From positions 1,324,101 through 1,388,100 of the forward strand of contig NC_092677.1 of NCBI RefSeq assembly GCF_964355755.1: 64,000 nucleotides of DNA, given 5' to 3'. Each line of letters opens with the position of its first letter. Within the stretch, counting starts at the first letter, position 1. The notes under the pieces are model-generated. The model saw only the letters and a program-made list of their open reading frames with translations. It did no database searches and was not told the origin of the DNA. Origin of the DNA: Antedon mediterranea. Lineage: Eukaryota > Animalia > Echinodermata. Made by a program: the position numbers and the translations under genes. Shown here one piece after another: positions 46,213 through 60,016 of this stretch.

Positions 46213-48212
46213 ATGTCCTTCTTAACAGAAGTAATGGCGATATGTGAATGTGCACTAATTTTCCTGATTTTCCAAAGCGACTGTAAGTAGAAACTTAATT
46301 GTCATATATGTTATTAGTAGGGTCCTACTATTATTTCAACATAGACTATAAGACTGAAATGGCAATGGACGGTGACGTAGTAACCAATTTTTATTTATTG
46401 TATTGTTTGTATTAATTGATTGGTTTCATTAAATATATTACCACGCATTCATTTTCTGTGTATATAGTTATAAATGGTCAAAATCCGGTTGTCAATGTAC
46501 AAGATGCTAACGTTATATTAGGTAAGGATGCTGTTATCACCTGTAGTTATACACTCAGTGGTTCAAGAACATTTAATGCTGCTCAGTGGTACAATAGTAA
46601 TTCAGATGGAGATCAGTTAGACATCCTTGTTAATACTGCAGATACAAATCCAAATGGTAGATGTACAGTTAATATCACAACAACAACTCCTCAAAGTGGT
46701 ATAGCTACTCTCACCATTGCAAACACAGTGTTGTCTGATGATGGATACTATCAATGTAGAATTATTGATTCATCTACTTTCTCTGGTGAAAACAACGGAA
46801 ACCTTATTGTTCAATGTAAGTATTAATAAATCCACGAATGATATACTGTATATTTAAGTCATTTAAAAAATAAATTTTGTAAAAAAGGCAACCATCATTT
46901 TAATACTTGGTTTTGTCATTTCAGATCTGGAAACCCCCGTTTTGAAGTCGGACACATTATCTGTGAAAATAAATGAAACCGCAACATTTACATGTACTCA
47001 ACTTATCGGTGAACCAACACAAATTACTGTCAGATGGACACAAGAGAATATTGCACTTGATGTTTCTGATACAGACAAATATCCGTCTTCTGATGCAATA
47101 TTAATTATTAATAAAGTTGATGAAATGGATGAAGGAAGTTACCAGTGTAGAGCAGAGAATGCTGCTTACAGTGGAGATGAAGGAAAACCGAGTAATCCTC
47201 TCGAACTCTCAGTAGGTTGGTTGCAATAAAGTTTTTATAACTAATGATATAATAATATCATGTTTTATTGAGATCATAGGTATATTCTATGGAACCAAAG
47301 AGTCTATCAAAATGAGACGGAATATTCCAACAATTATGTATTATGCGGTAATGGACATAAAGCACAGCTACACAGTTTAATTATAAAAGGCCTTTTTATA
47401 ATATAGAATAAGACAATATATTAAACCAATAGATGCACTGACTATGTTTAAATAACATAATCATATTATATACTTCCTATTTCTTTAGCATTTACGACAA
47501 CTTCTTCTACATCCAGTATGTCAACTACACGTACGTTTCGTTTGTTTGCATTGCACTAATAGTTTTTCATTGTTTGGCCCTATAATAATAAATATGACCT
47601 TTGTATATTTGTTATGTCACAATCAAAATGGTAACTCTGATTCTCCTGTAAATCCTTCGTACACAGAAGTTCCAAAGAGTGAGGGCGCGTGCAATTCAAC
47701 AGGTCTTGTTGTTGGAATGACGTTTGTTGGTGTGCTCATTGGATTCATTATCTGTTTGATTGTGGTTTTCATCATCAGCAAAATAAGGAAGACAAAATCA
47801 CAGGTAAAAGTATAATTCAGAAGGTAGAACAAAAAAGTAAAATAGTCGAAGGTTAAGTGAAATACCGTCATACGTAATGGCAAACGTATTATCATTCAAT
47901 TTACTTGTTGATGTTTTATTTCAAAGGCACCGACATCAAATAATGACAACCAATCAGGGGTAAGGAGACTAAACTTCAACCTTAATTATTCGCTTTCACT
48001 TTGATCATTACCATCATTGTCACCAATACACAATAAAGGTTTGCATGATTGTAATTCATCTTACTTTACTGTTGTATTTTTTTTAGCAACAGGCGTATAT
48101 GACTTACACTGGAGAGACAGATAAAGAAACAAACCACACATACCAAGATTTACAGAAGAAAGAAGATAATCAAGCTGTGTATGTAAATGTTAAAGCAAAG
48201 GACAACAAATAA
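46213..48212 (+). CDS. Intact spliced IgV-Ig2-TM receptor with Tyr-motif tail (V type A, Ig2 type A)
   Basis: Exons 46213-46282 (MSFLTEVMAICECALIFLIFQSD), 46468-46815, 46925-47215, 47489-47515, 47667-47803, 47927-47959, 48087-48212. All GT-AG, phases 1,1,1,1,0,0, open to TAA. Confidence 0.85.
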
Positions 48213-49103
48213 TATATATAAAAGAAATACATTATTATTATTATTCTTATTATTAATGAAACACCATTGGTTTAAAACTACAATCACATACATCTTGTTG
48301 ATTTTATTATAGAAATAAAGAGAAATCATAACCTAGAGAAAGTGTTTTCTTTCTCTTGATTTAACTCTGTAACGCCTACAAATTAATAACAAGGAAATGT
48401 TAATGCTGCAATTTGTATCATCATTAAAAAAAACCTCTATGTATCTATAGCAACATGTGAACCATAGACATAACCCTCTATGTATCTATAGCAACATGTG
48501 AACCATAGACATAACCCTCTATGGATCGTATGGTACAACTTTTTTTTTCTATCCGTGGGCCTAGGCGAAGGTCTAAATCACTTGGATCTAACAATGGGTT
48601 CTGTAATAAAAAGTGTTACTTTGCTTTTATATGAGTTCCTTGTTTATCAGTATGAGTCCAACTCCAAATAAATGTTCAAATATTGTCAAATAATAACAAC
48701 AATTAAGAGATATGTTTCAAATACAATCTATAATCAAAGAGTAAATTCATTCGTTAAACAACAAAATGCCGTGACATGAGATGCAAAAGAGAAATAATTT
48801 TTTAAATCAGTAGCCTATAATAACAGTTGACGGCCGTTTAATTAGTATATTAGTACCGTAGCCTTTAGGCCTAGTAATGGACCCCATCGTCACCAACAAC
48901 GGTACCAAAATGCCATTTTCTTGTTCAAAGAATCATCGTTACTTTTGATGCAGGACACATCAAGTTTGTGCTGATTTCACAATAGCAATTTTTGAGAAAT
49001 TAAAGTTTAGACCAAAGATACTTTAGCGTCATGAAGTGGCGCCACTCTACGTGGCGCGTTGCGTTACCGGTATACGATCTTTGGTTTTAGACTGGGTGTG
49101 GCC

Positions 49104-49655
49104 GGGTCTTGTTGTTGGAATGACGTTTGTTGGTGTGCTCATTGGATTCATTCTTTGTTTGCTTGTGGGTTTTATCATCAGCAAAATAAGGAAGTCACAT
49201 GCACAGGTAAAGTATAATTCTGAAAGTAGGACCAAAAGCAAAAATGACCAAAGGTTTAATGAAATACCGCACACTTACATTAAACATTAAATATGATGTT
49301 TTATTTTGAAGGTACCTACATCGAAAAACACCAACCAATCAGGGGTAAGGATGTTACTTCAACTTTAAGTATTCACTTTACTCATGATGATCATCATCAT
49401 CAATTATTATTACTATTGTCACCAATATACCAATTTTACCAGGTTTACACGATTTTCATTCTTCTTTTTCCATGCACTAAACTTCTGTATTATTTTTAGC
49501 AGCAGGCGTATATGACTTATACTGGGGAGACAGATAAAGAAACAAACCACACATACCAAGATTTACAGAAGAAAGACGATAATCAAGCTGTATATATAAA
49601 TGTTAAAGCCAAAAAGGACAAAAAATTATATACATGTTTAAAATAAAAATAAAAT
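49104..49655 (+). pseudogene. Orphan TM + 33-nt + tail module without ectodomain
   Basis: The TM exon begins abruptly at GGTCTTGTTGTTGG, fused to unrelated repeat DNA. The downstream exons are open, with the stop mutated to TTA (short extension). A leader-like remnant and the first ~30 nt of a V exon follow at ~50400-50552. Confidence 0.8.
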
Positions 49656-52600
49656 AAATATATTATTATATTAATATTATTATTATTATTAATATTATTA
49701 TTATTAATGGAATATCATTACTATGGTTTGATTAATTAAATTAATTTAATTAAAACTTGCATGTATTAGACCAACTTTGATTCGTTACTTTAAATTTAAT
49801 GTTTGAATGCATAGTACATTGACAAATAATGACAATACCAGCAGGAAAAAAAACTAGACAATCAATGATTTTAACACCAATACACATGTAATTTGTATAT
49901 TTTATATTGTTATAGAGTTCTTTAATTTAATTTGCATTCGAGATGTGCTTTGGTTGCTTGCTGCCATTTTTTAAAGAGTTAAGTAAGCTTAAATTTATTT
50001 TGAAACGGACAAACTAAATTCTAGGGACAAATTGGACCGAGGTTTTAAAGTTAGGTGCGATTGAGGTTCATTTCTGTTTTTAAGGAAAATATTCAAGAAA
50101 TACCACAGTTTGAGTTTGCACTGTTCTAACGCACTGTATAAATAAGGCCTAACACAATGTCTTTAAATAATGGTTACTAATTAAAAAGATTAATTTGATA
50201 ATCTTGATTTGGACGGAAGTACATTACACTATAATTATGAAGGAAGTAAAACTAATATATCACAAGTGTGAATGGCAATTTCATCACAATAATAACAATG
50301 ACAGGAACAATCAATACTTCAGTATACAATACAGTAGAGTGTGAGACAATAATAGTGAAATAGTCATCACCTAATAAAGCGGAAAAGATTTCTATAATTT
50401 ACAGATTTGTAAATGGAGGCGAAAAGCAAATATGCGATGATTGTAAGTACAAATATTAAAAATATTTTTTTACAAAATGTCGCAATCGTAAATCGTTATT
50501 TATTTTTTCATTTAATTTCAGATACAAGTGCACAAACAACAGTGACAGTTGACAACAAATAATACATTATTCAAGATAAATTAATAAAGTATTAATTATT
50601 GTTAATGGAAGTTTTTACTTATAAGTTTTACCTATAGTGAAACTGACAGAAGCACGGTATATCGCAACATGTGATATAAAGAAGAAAACCATCAAACAAA
50701 ATGTAGCCAACAGTTTATTCAAATGAATAAGTTGTTCGTTATTTTGTAATTGTAGAATTAATTTGCTATAGTATACCAACTTTGACTCATTACTTTGAAT
50801 GTAATGTTTTAATGCATAAGTACAACACCAATACGCTTGTTCTTTTATATTATTATTATTATTCTTAATTTTATTTCGCTTATGAGATGTGCATTGGTTG
50901 CTTTTTGCCATTTTCCATCCGCGTAAGTTAAAATTGATTTAACATACTCGCGCTTATATATTTCTGAGTTTGATTTGAGTTTGCACTGATTGACTCTGAG
51001 GTTGTATGTATATTACGATTATTAATTTTACCATCTCAGATCTTGTAAACCTAGTTCCAAATCAATTGTCTTATGTTATTTCTTGGTTTATTGATATTAC
51101 ATACGGTACTCCTATTACCCTTCAACAGTCATGTGTGTAGGCTATCAATAATTTTAAACCAATTTTAATAAACACAAATCAATTTATGATATAATTATTA
51201 TGATTTCGATTTTGAAGGAATTTTGAATGACATTCAATGTGAACGAATTTTGAATGTGACCGTTTTATATGAGTAGAGCCTCTTAATTTTTGTATTTTGA
51301 ATTTTTTTTTTGAAACCAAGTATCGTAAGCTACTTTATAAGAATGTAAACAAAATATGGTTTAGGGGTGTAGTGGTAATAACCTATTTTCCTTGAAGCAT
51401 AACAATGAGTACTGTTCTGACTCGTTTTAAGACAGATAACTGCTCAACTTCCATTTTCGCATTTATTAGGACAACGTATCAAATTTCAAGCGGTAAAAAA
51501 GATAGTGCTCTTCTAACTTTTTAAACACTGCATGCAAAGTCAATACTAATCATGACAACCGCTCGTTGCCAGAGTATTACAACTTTCTTTCCAATTTATA
51601 AAACACATAATCACAGGCATCACAAGTACGGTAAATCTAATCTGGTGACCGGGATAGCATTCAATTATACCTGTGCGCGAGTTTGGTTGCAATAATATTT
51701 AATTTTTGTTTTTAAATTTTAGTGTTACGAGTATACTGTAATTTGATCATCTTAATGATTCAATAAATTTGACATGAACTGAAGTACAGTACACTATGAG
51801 GAAGTAAAAATAATATATCAAGAAGTAGCAAAATCAGTCCATACTCATAATATAACAGGAACAATCAATAAGTACGTAGTATACAATACGATAATTAGAG
51901 TGTGGTAGAGTGCGAGACAATAATAGCGAAACAGATCTGCACCTTATGCAGCGGAATTTAAAGATTTCCTTTTCATACAAATTCGCACCCATACATTTTT
52001 TTGCAGTAAGAAACAATCGCAGGTAGTTAATTTCTCTGGACATTCACCGGCAAAAAGTAAGTTGTTGCAAGATGTTTTATTAAATTATTTTCAATTGTTT
52101 TACTGAATGTTTGGATAGTTTAGATAATTCGTGATAAACGAACAATAATCCTAGTACGTTATAGCATGATCTGGAGGAAGTAAACATTGTTATATCAAAA
52201 TGTACATGGCTTGACAATTTACATTTCTGACACTGTATAAGAAGAATGAATATTTTACGTGAGGTAATTTCCCGACTGTAAAATCAGCGATGGGTATGAT
52301 GATCAACTTTCCTCATTCACATTCTTTTAGAAAGATATAACTGGTAAAGAAAGCCTGTCTAGTGTGGTAATGATAGAGGTCCGAACATGAATATAACTTT
52401 AGAAGTCACGATGCTTAATTGTTATGACCCTATATAACCAAATTATGATGGGTTGAACAATTGTATTCTTATTGACATAAGAAAAACTATTATCTCTAAA
52501 CAGCAACATGAATGAACTGCGGAGAGCAGAAACATGAACACTAGTTGATCATACCCAGTATCATGATGTCGCTGTTGTATGGTAATGAAAATAGATACAG

Positions 52601-52708
52601 TACCGAAAATCGGCTGACTTATCTCAGGAGTCGGAGTAGTCATGGTTTGTAATTTACAAGTCTGTAATCCTGCTGGCTCTGACGCGATTCATTTTCTTTA
52701 CAGATTTA

Positions 52709-55475
52709 ATGGAGGGGATATATGGTGTAATAATAATTCTAATGTTTCAACTATGTTCTTGTAAGTAAGAAATTAGAAAACAAATAAATAAATAATTAAA
52801 ACAAATAATTTAAAAATAATAATAATAAAAATACAAAACTTTCTCGAAACACATAAATAAGTAATTAAAACAAATAATGTTAAAAGTGTGATGTAGAATG
52901 TTAATTTTAGTTAAAATGCTCAGCAGATGTGTCTGTGATTGAATAGAAATGTTATACTTGAAATGTGAAAAAGAAGGTAGGTAATCGAATTTCGCTGACA
53001 TTTTTAAACAAAAAATGTCAGCGAAATTCGATTACCTACCTATAGATTTTTTTCTATGTCAAAATATATAAATTCATATCATGTATTCTATTTCAGTTTT
53101 AAATGGTCAAACTGAACCTATAGTCAATGTACAAGATGCTAACTTTAAAGTAGGTGAAAATGCTGTTATCATCTGTGATTACACACTCGGTGGTGGTACA
53201 AGAACACTCCAGGCTGCTCAATGGTACAATAGCACATCAACAGGAGATCAGTTAAACCTTCTTGTTAATAGTGCTCTAACAAAGCCAAATGGTAGATATG
53301 CAGTTGATACCACACAAACTGGTGTGGTTACTCTCATTATTGCAAACACAGTGTTGTCGGATGATGGATACTATATATGTAGAATTGTTGATTCACCTGA
53401 CGTTGAAACTGGTGAAAATGTTGGAAAGCTTACTGTTCAATGTAAGTATGAATGTTTACATCATTTAACAATGAATAAATATTTTATATTAAAAATAAGT
53501 GTGATTGTGAACAGAATGGTGGTCTTTTAATGTTTACCAGTGGCTTACCAATAATCAATTAATATTTTATTTCTCAGAATAAATTGCACATAAAACTAAC
53601 AACAAATATCTAAATATCTACCAAGAAAAAAATAATAATAGGAAGGGTAAGACTATCAAACAATATCGTTGGTCAAAGAGAGAAGCTATCGCTATTGAGA
53701 GTACATTATATTCAATTAATATACTAATTAAACTAGAGTATTGAACAATTTGAGAAAGTATTCATAAAAAAAGATAAATAGGGAACGCCATATAAACAAA
53801 CATCATGCCGGTACTACACTAATTGAGATACAACAATAGTCTGATGCGTTTTGATAGTTGATTTCTGGAATATACAATGCATCTTTTTAGTTTATACACT
53901 TCGACATGGTGAATGTAAGACTGTTTATTTTGCCTTTACAGATCTTGAAGAACCAGTTCTAAATCCAACAGAATTGTCTGTCAACGCAACAGAAACTGTG
54001 ACATTTACATGTTCTAACCTTATTGGTGTACCAACAATTACCGTCACATGGATCAAAGATGGCAATGAACTTGGTGTTTTTGATACAGACAAGTATCCGT
54101 CTTCTGATGCAACATTAACGATTAATGACGTTGATGAAGAAGATGAAGGAGATTATCAGTGTAGAGCAGAGAATGCTGCTTATAGTGGAACAGATGGTAA
54201 ACTTAGTAATACTGCCACACTGTCAATAGGTTGGTGGGAATAAACATTTTGATAAATAATATATTTTATTGGCATTATAGTATAAGTATGTTCTGCATGT
54301 CAAAATTATAAATGGAATATTCATATATATTATGTCATGCGGTAACAAAAATAAACCACAGCTATACAGCGAAATCTGAAAGTTTCAGTTTATTAAAGCC
54401 ATTTTTATAATATGAACGCATGACGTGTCTGACTATTGCTTGTTTGATTTATATTTCTTTAGCATTAACGACAACTTCTTCTATACCCAGTAAGTCAACT
54501 ACACGTAGGTTCTGTTTGTTTGCATTGTATTTATTGTAATTTCCGGGTTTTTCCATTTTCGTAAAGCAGGATAGGAATGGGAGGGGATATCCCCCGCCGA
54601 ATTCCAATGATCTGCATGAGTGCTTAAAAGGGAAAATAGTGATGACTTTTGTATAACATTTGTCAACACTACATTATTGTAAACATGTTTAAAAGACATG
54701 GAAACACTGATCCCTTTGTAGGCCTATGTATGGTTTAGTTGCATTGCCTTCCGGAATTTTGCGAAAAGCAAATAAAGGATAAGAAATCTGGGAGAGGGTG
54801 CAGACAGGATCTGCATGAGTGCTTAAAAAGTAAAATATGACCTTTGTATAAACATTTTTGAAATAACATGGAAACACTTATCCTTCAGTATTAATTGTTC
54901 AGTTTTAAGTACAGAAGCTCCAAAGAGTGAAAATGATTGTAATTCAACTGGTCTTGTTGTTGGAATGACGTTTGTTGGTGTGCTCATTGGATTCATTATC
55001 TGTTTGCTTGTGGGTTTTATCATCAGCAAAATAAGGAAGTCACATGCACAAGTAAAGTATAATTCAGAAAGTAGAACCAAAAGCAAAAGTGTAGACTTGA
55101 AATGACCAAAGGTTTAATGAAATACCGCACACTTAAGTAATGGAAACTATTTAAACATTAAATTTGATTTTAAAGGTACCTACATCGAAAAATACCAACC
55201 AATCAGGGGTAAGGATGTTACTTCAACTCTAATTATTCAATTTCCCTCATCATCATTATTATTATTTCTATTGTCACCAATATATCAATAAAGGTTTACA
55301 CGATAATTCTTTTTTTGCATGCACTAAACTGTTGTATTTTTTTTAGCAGCAGGCGTACATGACTTATACTGGAGAGACAGATAAAGAAACAAACCACACA
55401 TACCAAGATTTACAGAAGAAAGACGATAATCAAGCTGTATATGTAAATGTTAAAGCAAAAAAGGACAAAAAATAA
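52709..55475 (+). CDS. Intact spliced IgV-Ig2-TM receptor with Tyr-motif tail (chimeric: V type A, Ig2 type B)
   Basis: Exons 52709-52760 (MEGIYGVIIILMFQLCS), 53097-53441, 53942-54229, 54463-54489, 54903-55051, 55176-55208, 55347-55475; phase-compatible and open. Confidence 0.85.
52975..53041. repeat. Perfect 31-bp inverted repeat with 5-nt loop
   Basis: AGGTAGGTAATCGAATTTCGCTGACATTTTT-AAACA-AAAAATGTCAGCGAAATTCGATTACCTACCT. Confidence 0.95.
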
Positions 55476-56168
55476 TATACATGTTTAAAATAAAAATAAA
55501 ATAAATATATTATAATTATTAATGGAATATCATTACTATGGTTTGAAACTACAATCACATACCTATTGATGGTTATATTATAGAAATAAAGAGAAATCAT
55601 AACCTTGAGAAAGTGTATTCTTTCTCTTGATTTAACTCTTAACGCGTACAAATTTAATAAAAAGGAAATGTGATGCTGCAATTTGTTTTGCATTAACTAA
55701 ACAAAAAGTACTTAGCCCCAGAATTTATCATACGGTAAATAGGAATATTTGATGTAAAGATGAAAACCATACACATATACTTGAAACATGAAAAAAAAAA
55801 GATAACTAACACAACTTTGTTGAAAATGTTATTTCTTGTATGTTGGCAATAAAACGTGCTTGTATTAGACCAATTTATTCGTTACTTTGAATGTAATGTT
55901 TGACTGCATTATTGCATTGATAATGACCATTATACCAGCATAAGAAAGAAAATAAACTAGACAATTATTCTTTATTAAGAATAAGTCTTTTTGAGGAGTA
56001 GTGATAACAAAAAAGTTTAGACGGGAGAGCTTAACAACAGTGAACGTTCAGGGTGTATGTAATTGAATCAACTCGTATTAGGCCTACTTTCATATAATGT
56101 CACAGAACAAGGAAGGACAATTTCGATTTATATTCGATATTCGCTATACTAGTAATTCTGTCTTTGTG

Positions 56169-59145
56169 ATGATGACTTTTTGTTTGCTGCTATTTGTTCT
56201 TGTATTTGGTAAGTACCAGGCTTTAATGTTTTGTGGGTGCTACTATAAGTTAAGTCTTTGTCTATGTAGAGCATCTTGTGTATATGTTTGTATTATGTTC
56301 TAGTGCAGTATATGGAGAGCCATCTCGATAGTGCTTTGCACTCATGGCAATCCTCAGGGTGCTGCACGGCTGTGTTGTCATGTATTGTTGTGCCTGAAAA
56401 TTGAATAAAATAAAAATAAAAAATAAAATTAACATTTGATTTTCAATTTTTTTTATAAAACCATATACATGTAGGCCTATAGTACCTTTCCGTCATTGTT
56501 TGAGATACAAATAATCATCATGCATGTTATTTTCGAATTTATAGAGGTCGTTCTAACTTAGGTTAACAATTATAAAAGTAAACTATTAATTACAAAATTT
56601 TGAAATTTGCCGGACCACTGGTTTGGTTTGTGCGAGAGCCCAGAACGGAAAACACAATAGAAAGAATGCATTCACTAGAATGTTGATTGTTGTCGTATCT
56701 TTCTGATTTTAATACTTTGCAGCATAATGTTATCAATTAATCAAATTTATTCACCTCCCTTAGGAGAAACATATAAAAACTCTACAGCAAAATAAAACAC
56801 ATTAAAATAAAGATTCACATGAATCAATAGATTAAAATGGTTTTAACGAGTTAAATAAAGTGTCAAAACCATTGTGAAATAGGGCAGACTTGTTATATTT
56901 CAAAATCAAGTTAAGTAACTTATTTAGTTTCAGATGCAAGTGCACAAACACAAGTGACAGTGAATGCTGGTACAGCAAAAGTTGATGAAGCTGCAACAAT
57001 GATGTGTACTTATACACTTGTACCAAATGATGCATTACTGCAACTGTCTTGGACAAAAGCTGATGAGAATGGTCAACCAGTAGGGAATGCTCTCGTCACT
57101 TCTACAGGTCAACCAAACAATGGTCGATACAGTTTTTCCAACGATAATCTTATAATAACTGATGTTGAAAGAGGTGATGCAGTCAACTATCGTTGTGCTG
57201 TTAGCACCGTTAATGTAAATCCTGGTGATGACTTTGCTAATCTCACAGTCTATTGTGAGTATATGTTTTGGAGCAAAAAAATTTTTTTTTTAAATTTATA
57301 TAAATATGTTTATTTCTGGTACTGTACAGTACATGTCAGTTAGTACAGTAATTTTAATTTCATCTTTGAATCAGAAGTTTCACAATCAGAAAAACAAATG
57401 AAACCAATAATTTGGATAAAAAGTAAAAGATATATCATCATCTATTGTGATATTCAATTTATTTCGGTGGTATGATGGTAATTAACTTTCCAATTGATGT
57501 GTTTGCCTTTTAGAGTATAATGTAATCATAATGGTATCATTTACAAATTTAATCTAAAAAATGTATATATAATATGATATTAAAGTGAAAATTATAATGC
57601 AGGGATGTTATTTACATCAGAACCAAACGAATATTCAATATCCTATGTATGTATTATATTGTCAAAGAAGAGTACTAAACATTAACAATTACTGTATTAC
57701 AATTGGTAGGCATGTCAATTGTGTAATTTTAAACAAATGAGTATCCAAGAACTGTACAGTATAATTTTGCCATTTCAGATCTTGAAGTACCAGATTTGAA
57801 ACCAGTAGAATTGCGTGCCACATTAAATGAAACAGCAACATTTATATGTTCTGAACTTGAAGGTTTACCAACACCAATTACCATCACATGGATCAAAGAT
57901 GGCAATCCACTTGGTGTTCCTAATACAGACAAGTATCCAACTTCTGATGCAACATTAACGATTAATGACGTTGATGAGAGAGATGAGGGAGCTTATCAGT
58001 GTAGAGCAGAGAATGCTGCTTACATTGGAGAGGAGGGAAAACTTAGTAATACTGCCACACTGTCAATAGGTTGGTGGGAATAAACATTTTAATAAATAAT
58101 GTATTTTATTAGCATCATTGTATAAGTCATTTCTGCATGTCATAATTATAAATGGAATATTCATATTACAGTATATTATGTTATGTGGTAACAAAAATAA
58201 AGCACAGGTAAACAGCGAAAACTGAAAGTTTTAGTTTATTAGTCATTTTTATAAAATGAATGCATGACGTGTCAGAGTATTGCTTGTTTGCTTTCTATTT
58301 CTTTAGCATCGACGACAACTTCTTCTATACCCAGTAAGTCAACTACACGTAGGTTTTGTTTGTTTGCATTGCATTGTAAATTTCCGGGATTTTGCATTTG
58401 CAAAAAAAAAAGGATAGCAATTGAAAGGAATATCCCTGCCCCATCCCCATGATCTGTATCATGCCTTAAAAGGGAACATAATGTCAACACTACATTATTG
58501 TAAACATGTTTAAAACACGGCATGGTAACACGATCCTTCTGTATTATTTGTTCAGTTTTAAGTACAGAAGTTCCAAAGAGAGAGAATGATTGTAATTCAA
58601 CTGGTCTTGTTGGAATGACGTTTGTTGGTGTGCTCATTGGATTCATTCTCTGTTTGCTTGTGGTTTTTATCATCAGCAAAATAAGGAAGTCAAATTCACA
58701 GGTAAAGTATAATTCAGAAAGTAGAACCAAAAGCAAAAGTGTAGACTTGAAATGACCAAAGGTTTAATGAAATACCGCACACTTAAGTAATGGAAACTAT
58801 TTTAACATTAAATATGATATTTTATTTTGAAGGTACCGACATCGAAAAACACCAACCAATCAGGGGTAAGGATGTTACTTCAACTTTAAGTATTCAATTT
58901 CACTCGTCGTCGTCATCACCATCATTATTATCACTATTGCCATCAATATATCAATAAAGGTTTACACGATTTTCATTCTTTTTTTTGCATGCACTAAACT
59001 TTTGTATTTTTTTTAGCTGCAGGCGTATATGACTTATACTGGGGAGACAGATAAAGATACAAGCCACACATACCAAGATTTACAGAAGAAAGAAGATAAT
59101 CAAGCTTTATATGTAAATGTTAAAGCAAAAAAGGACAAACAATAA
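56169..59145 (+). CDS. Intact spliced IgV-Ig2-TM receptor with Tyr-motif tail (V type B, Ig2 type B)
   Basis: Exons 56169-56208 (MMTFCLLLFVLVF), 56928-57254, 57779-58069, 58307-58333, 58556-58701, 58833-58865, 59017-59145; phase-compatible and open. Confidence 0.85.
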
Positions 59146-60016
59146 TATACATGTTTAAAATAAAATGAAAGAAATACATCAGTATTATTATTCTTATTAT
59201 TAATGGAATATCATTGGTTTGAAACTACAATCACATACCTCTTGTTGATTATATTATAGAAATAAAGAGAAATCATAACCTTGAGAAAGTGTATTCTTTC
59301 TCTTGATTTAACTCTTAACGCGTACAAATTAATAACAAGAAATGTGAATGCTGTAATTTGTATCATCATTAACTAAACAAAATATACACAAGTACCTATA
59401 GTGACATAAAATATACCAATATTATATAGAAACATGTTATATAGGCCTAAAGATGAAAACCACAAACATACTTGAAAAATGTAAAAAAAAGATATGTAAC
59501 TAACAACGATACATTTATTAAAATGTTATTTTCTATTTTTGATTTTTTTGAATTAAAACTTGCTTGTATTAGACCAACTTTGATTCGTTACTTTGATTTT
59601 AATGTTTGAATGCATTAGTACATTGACATAATGACATACTAGAATAGACAAGACAATCAATTCTTTTAACACGCGTGTAATAGTATTATTGTTATATAGC
59701 ATTCTTTAATTTAATTCGCCTCGAGATGTGCTTTGGTTGCTTGCTGCCATATTTTTTCAAAGAGTTTAGTAATGATCAAATTGATTTTTAAACGTACAAA
59801 CTAAATTCTAGGGACAAATTGGACGGAAGTTTTAAAGTTATGTGTGATTCAGGTTCATTTCTTTTTTAGGGAAGACATTAAGAAATACCTATAAAAATAA
59901 TAAATAGTAGTTTGAACTACTTACTGTATAAATACAATTTTTAAAAGGCTAGGTGTTTTATGATTTTATTTTAAATAATTGATACTATTAAAAAAGAATA
60001 ATTGTATCATCTTGAT

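Noticed and set aside
46724-46730. CACAGTG (RSS heptamer) inside type-A V exons, suggesting V(D)J-like recombination
   Set aside because: It is coding sequence (N-T-V), has no ACAAAAACC-like nonamer at 12 or 23 nt, and each V exon already contains its own G strand.
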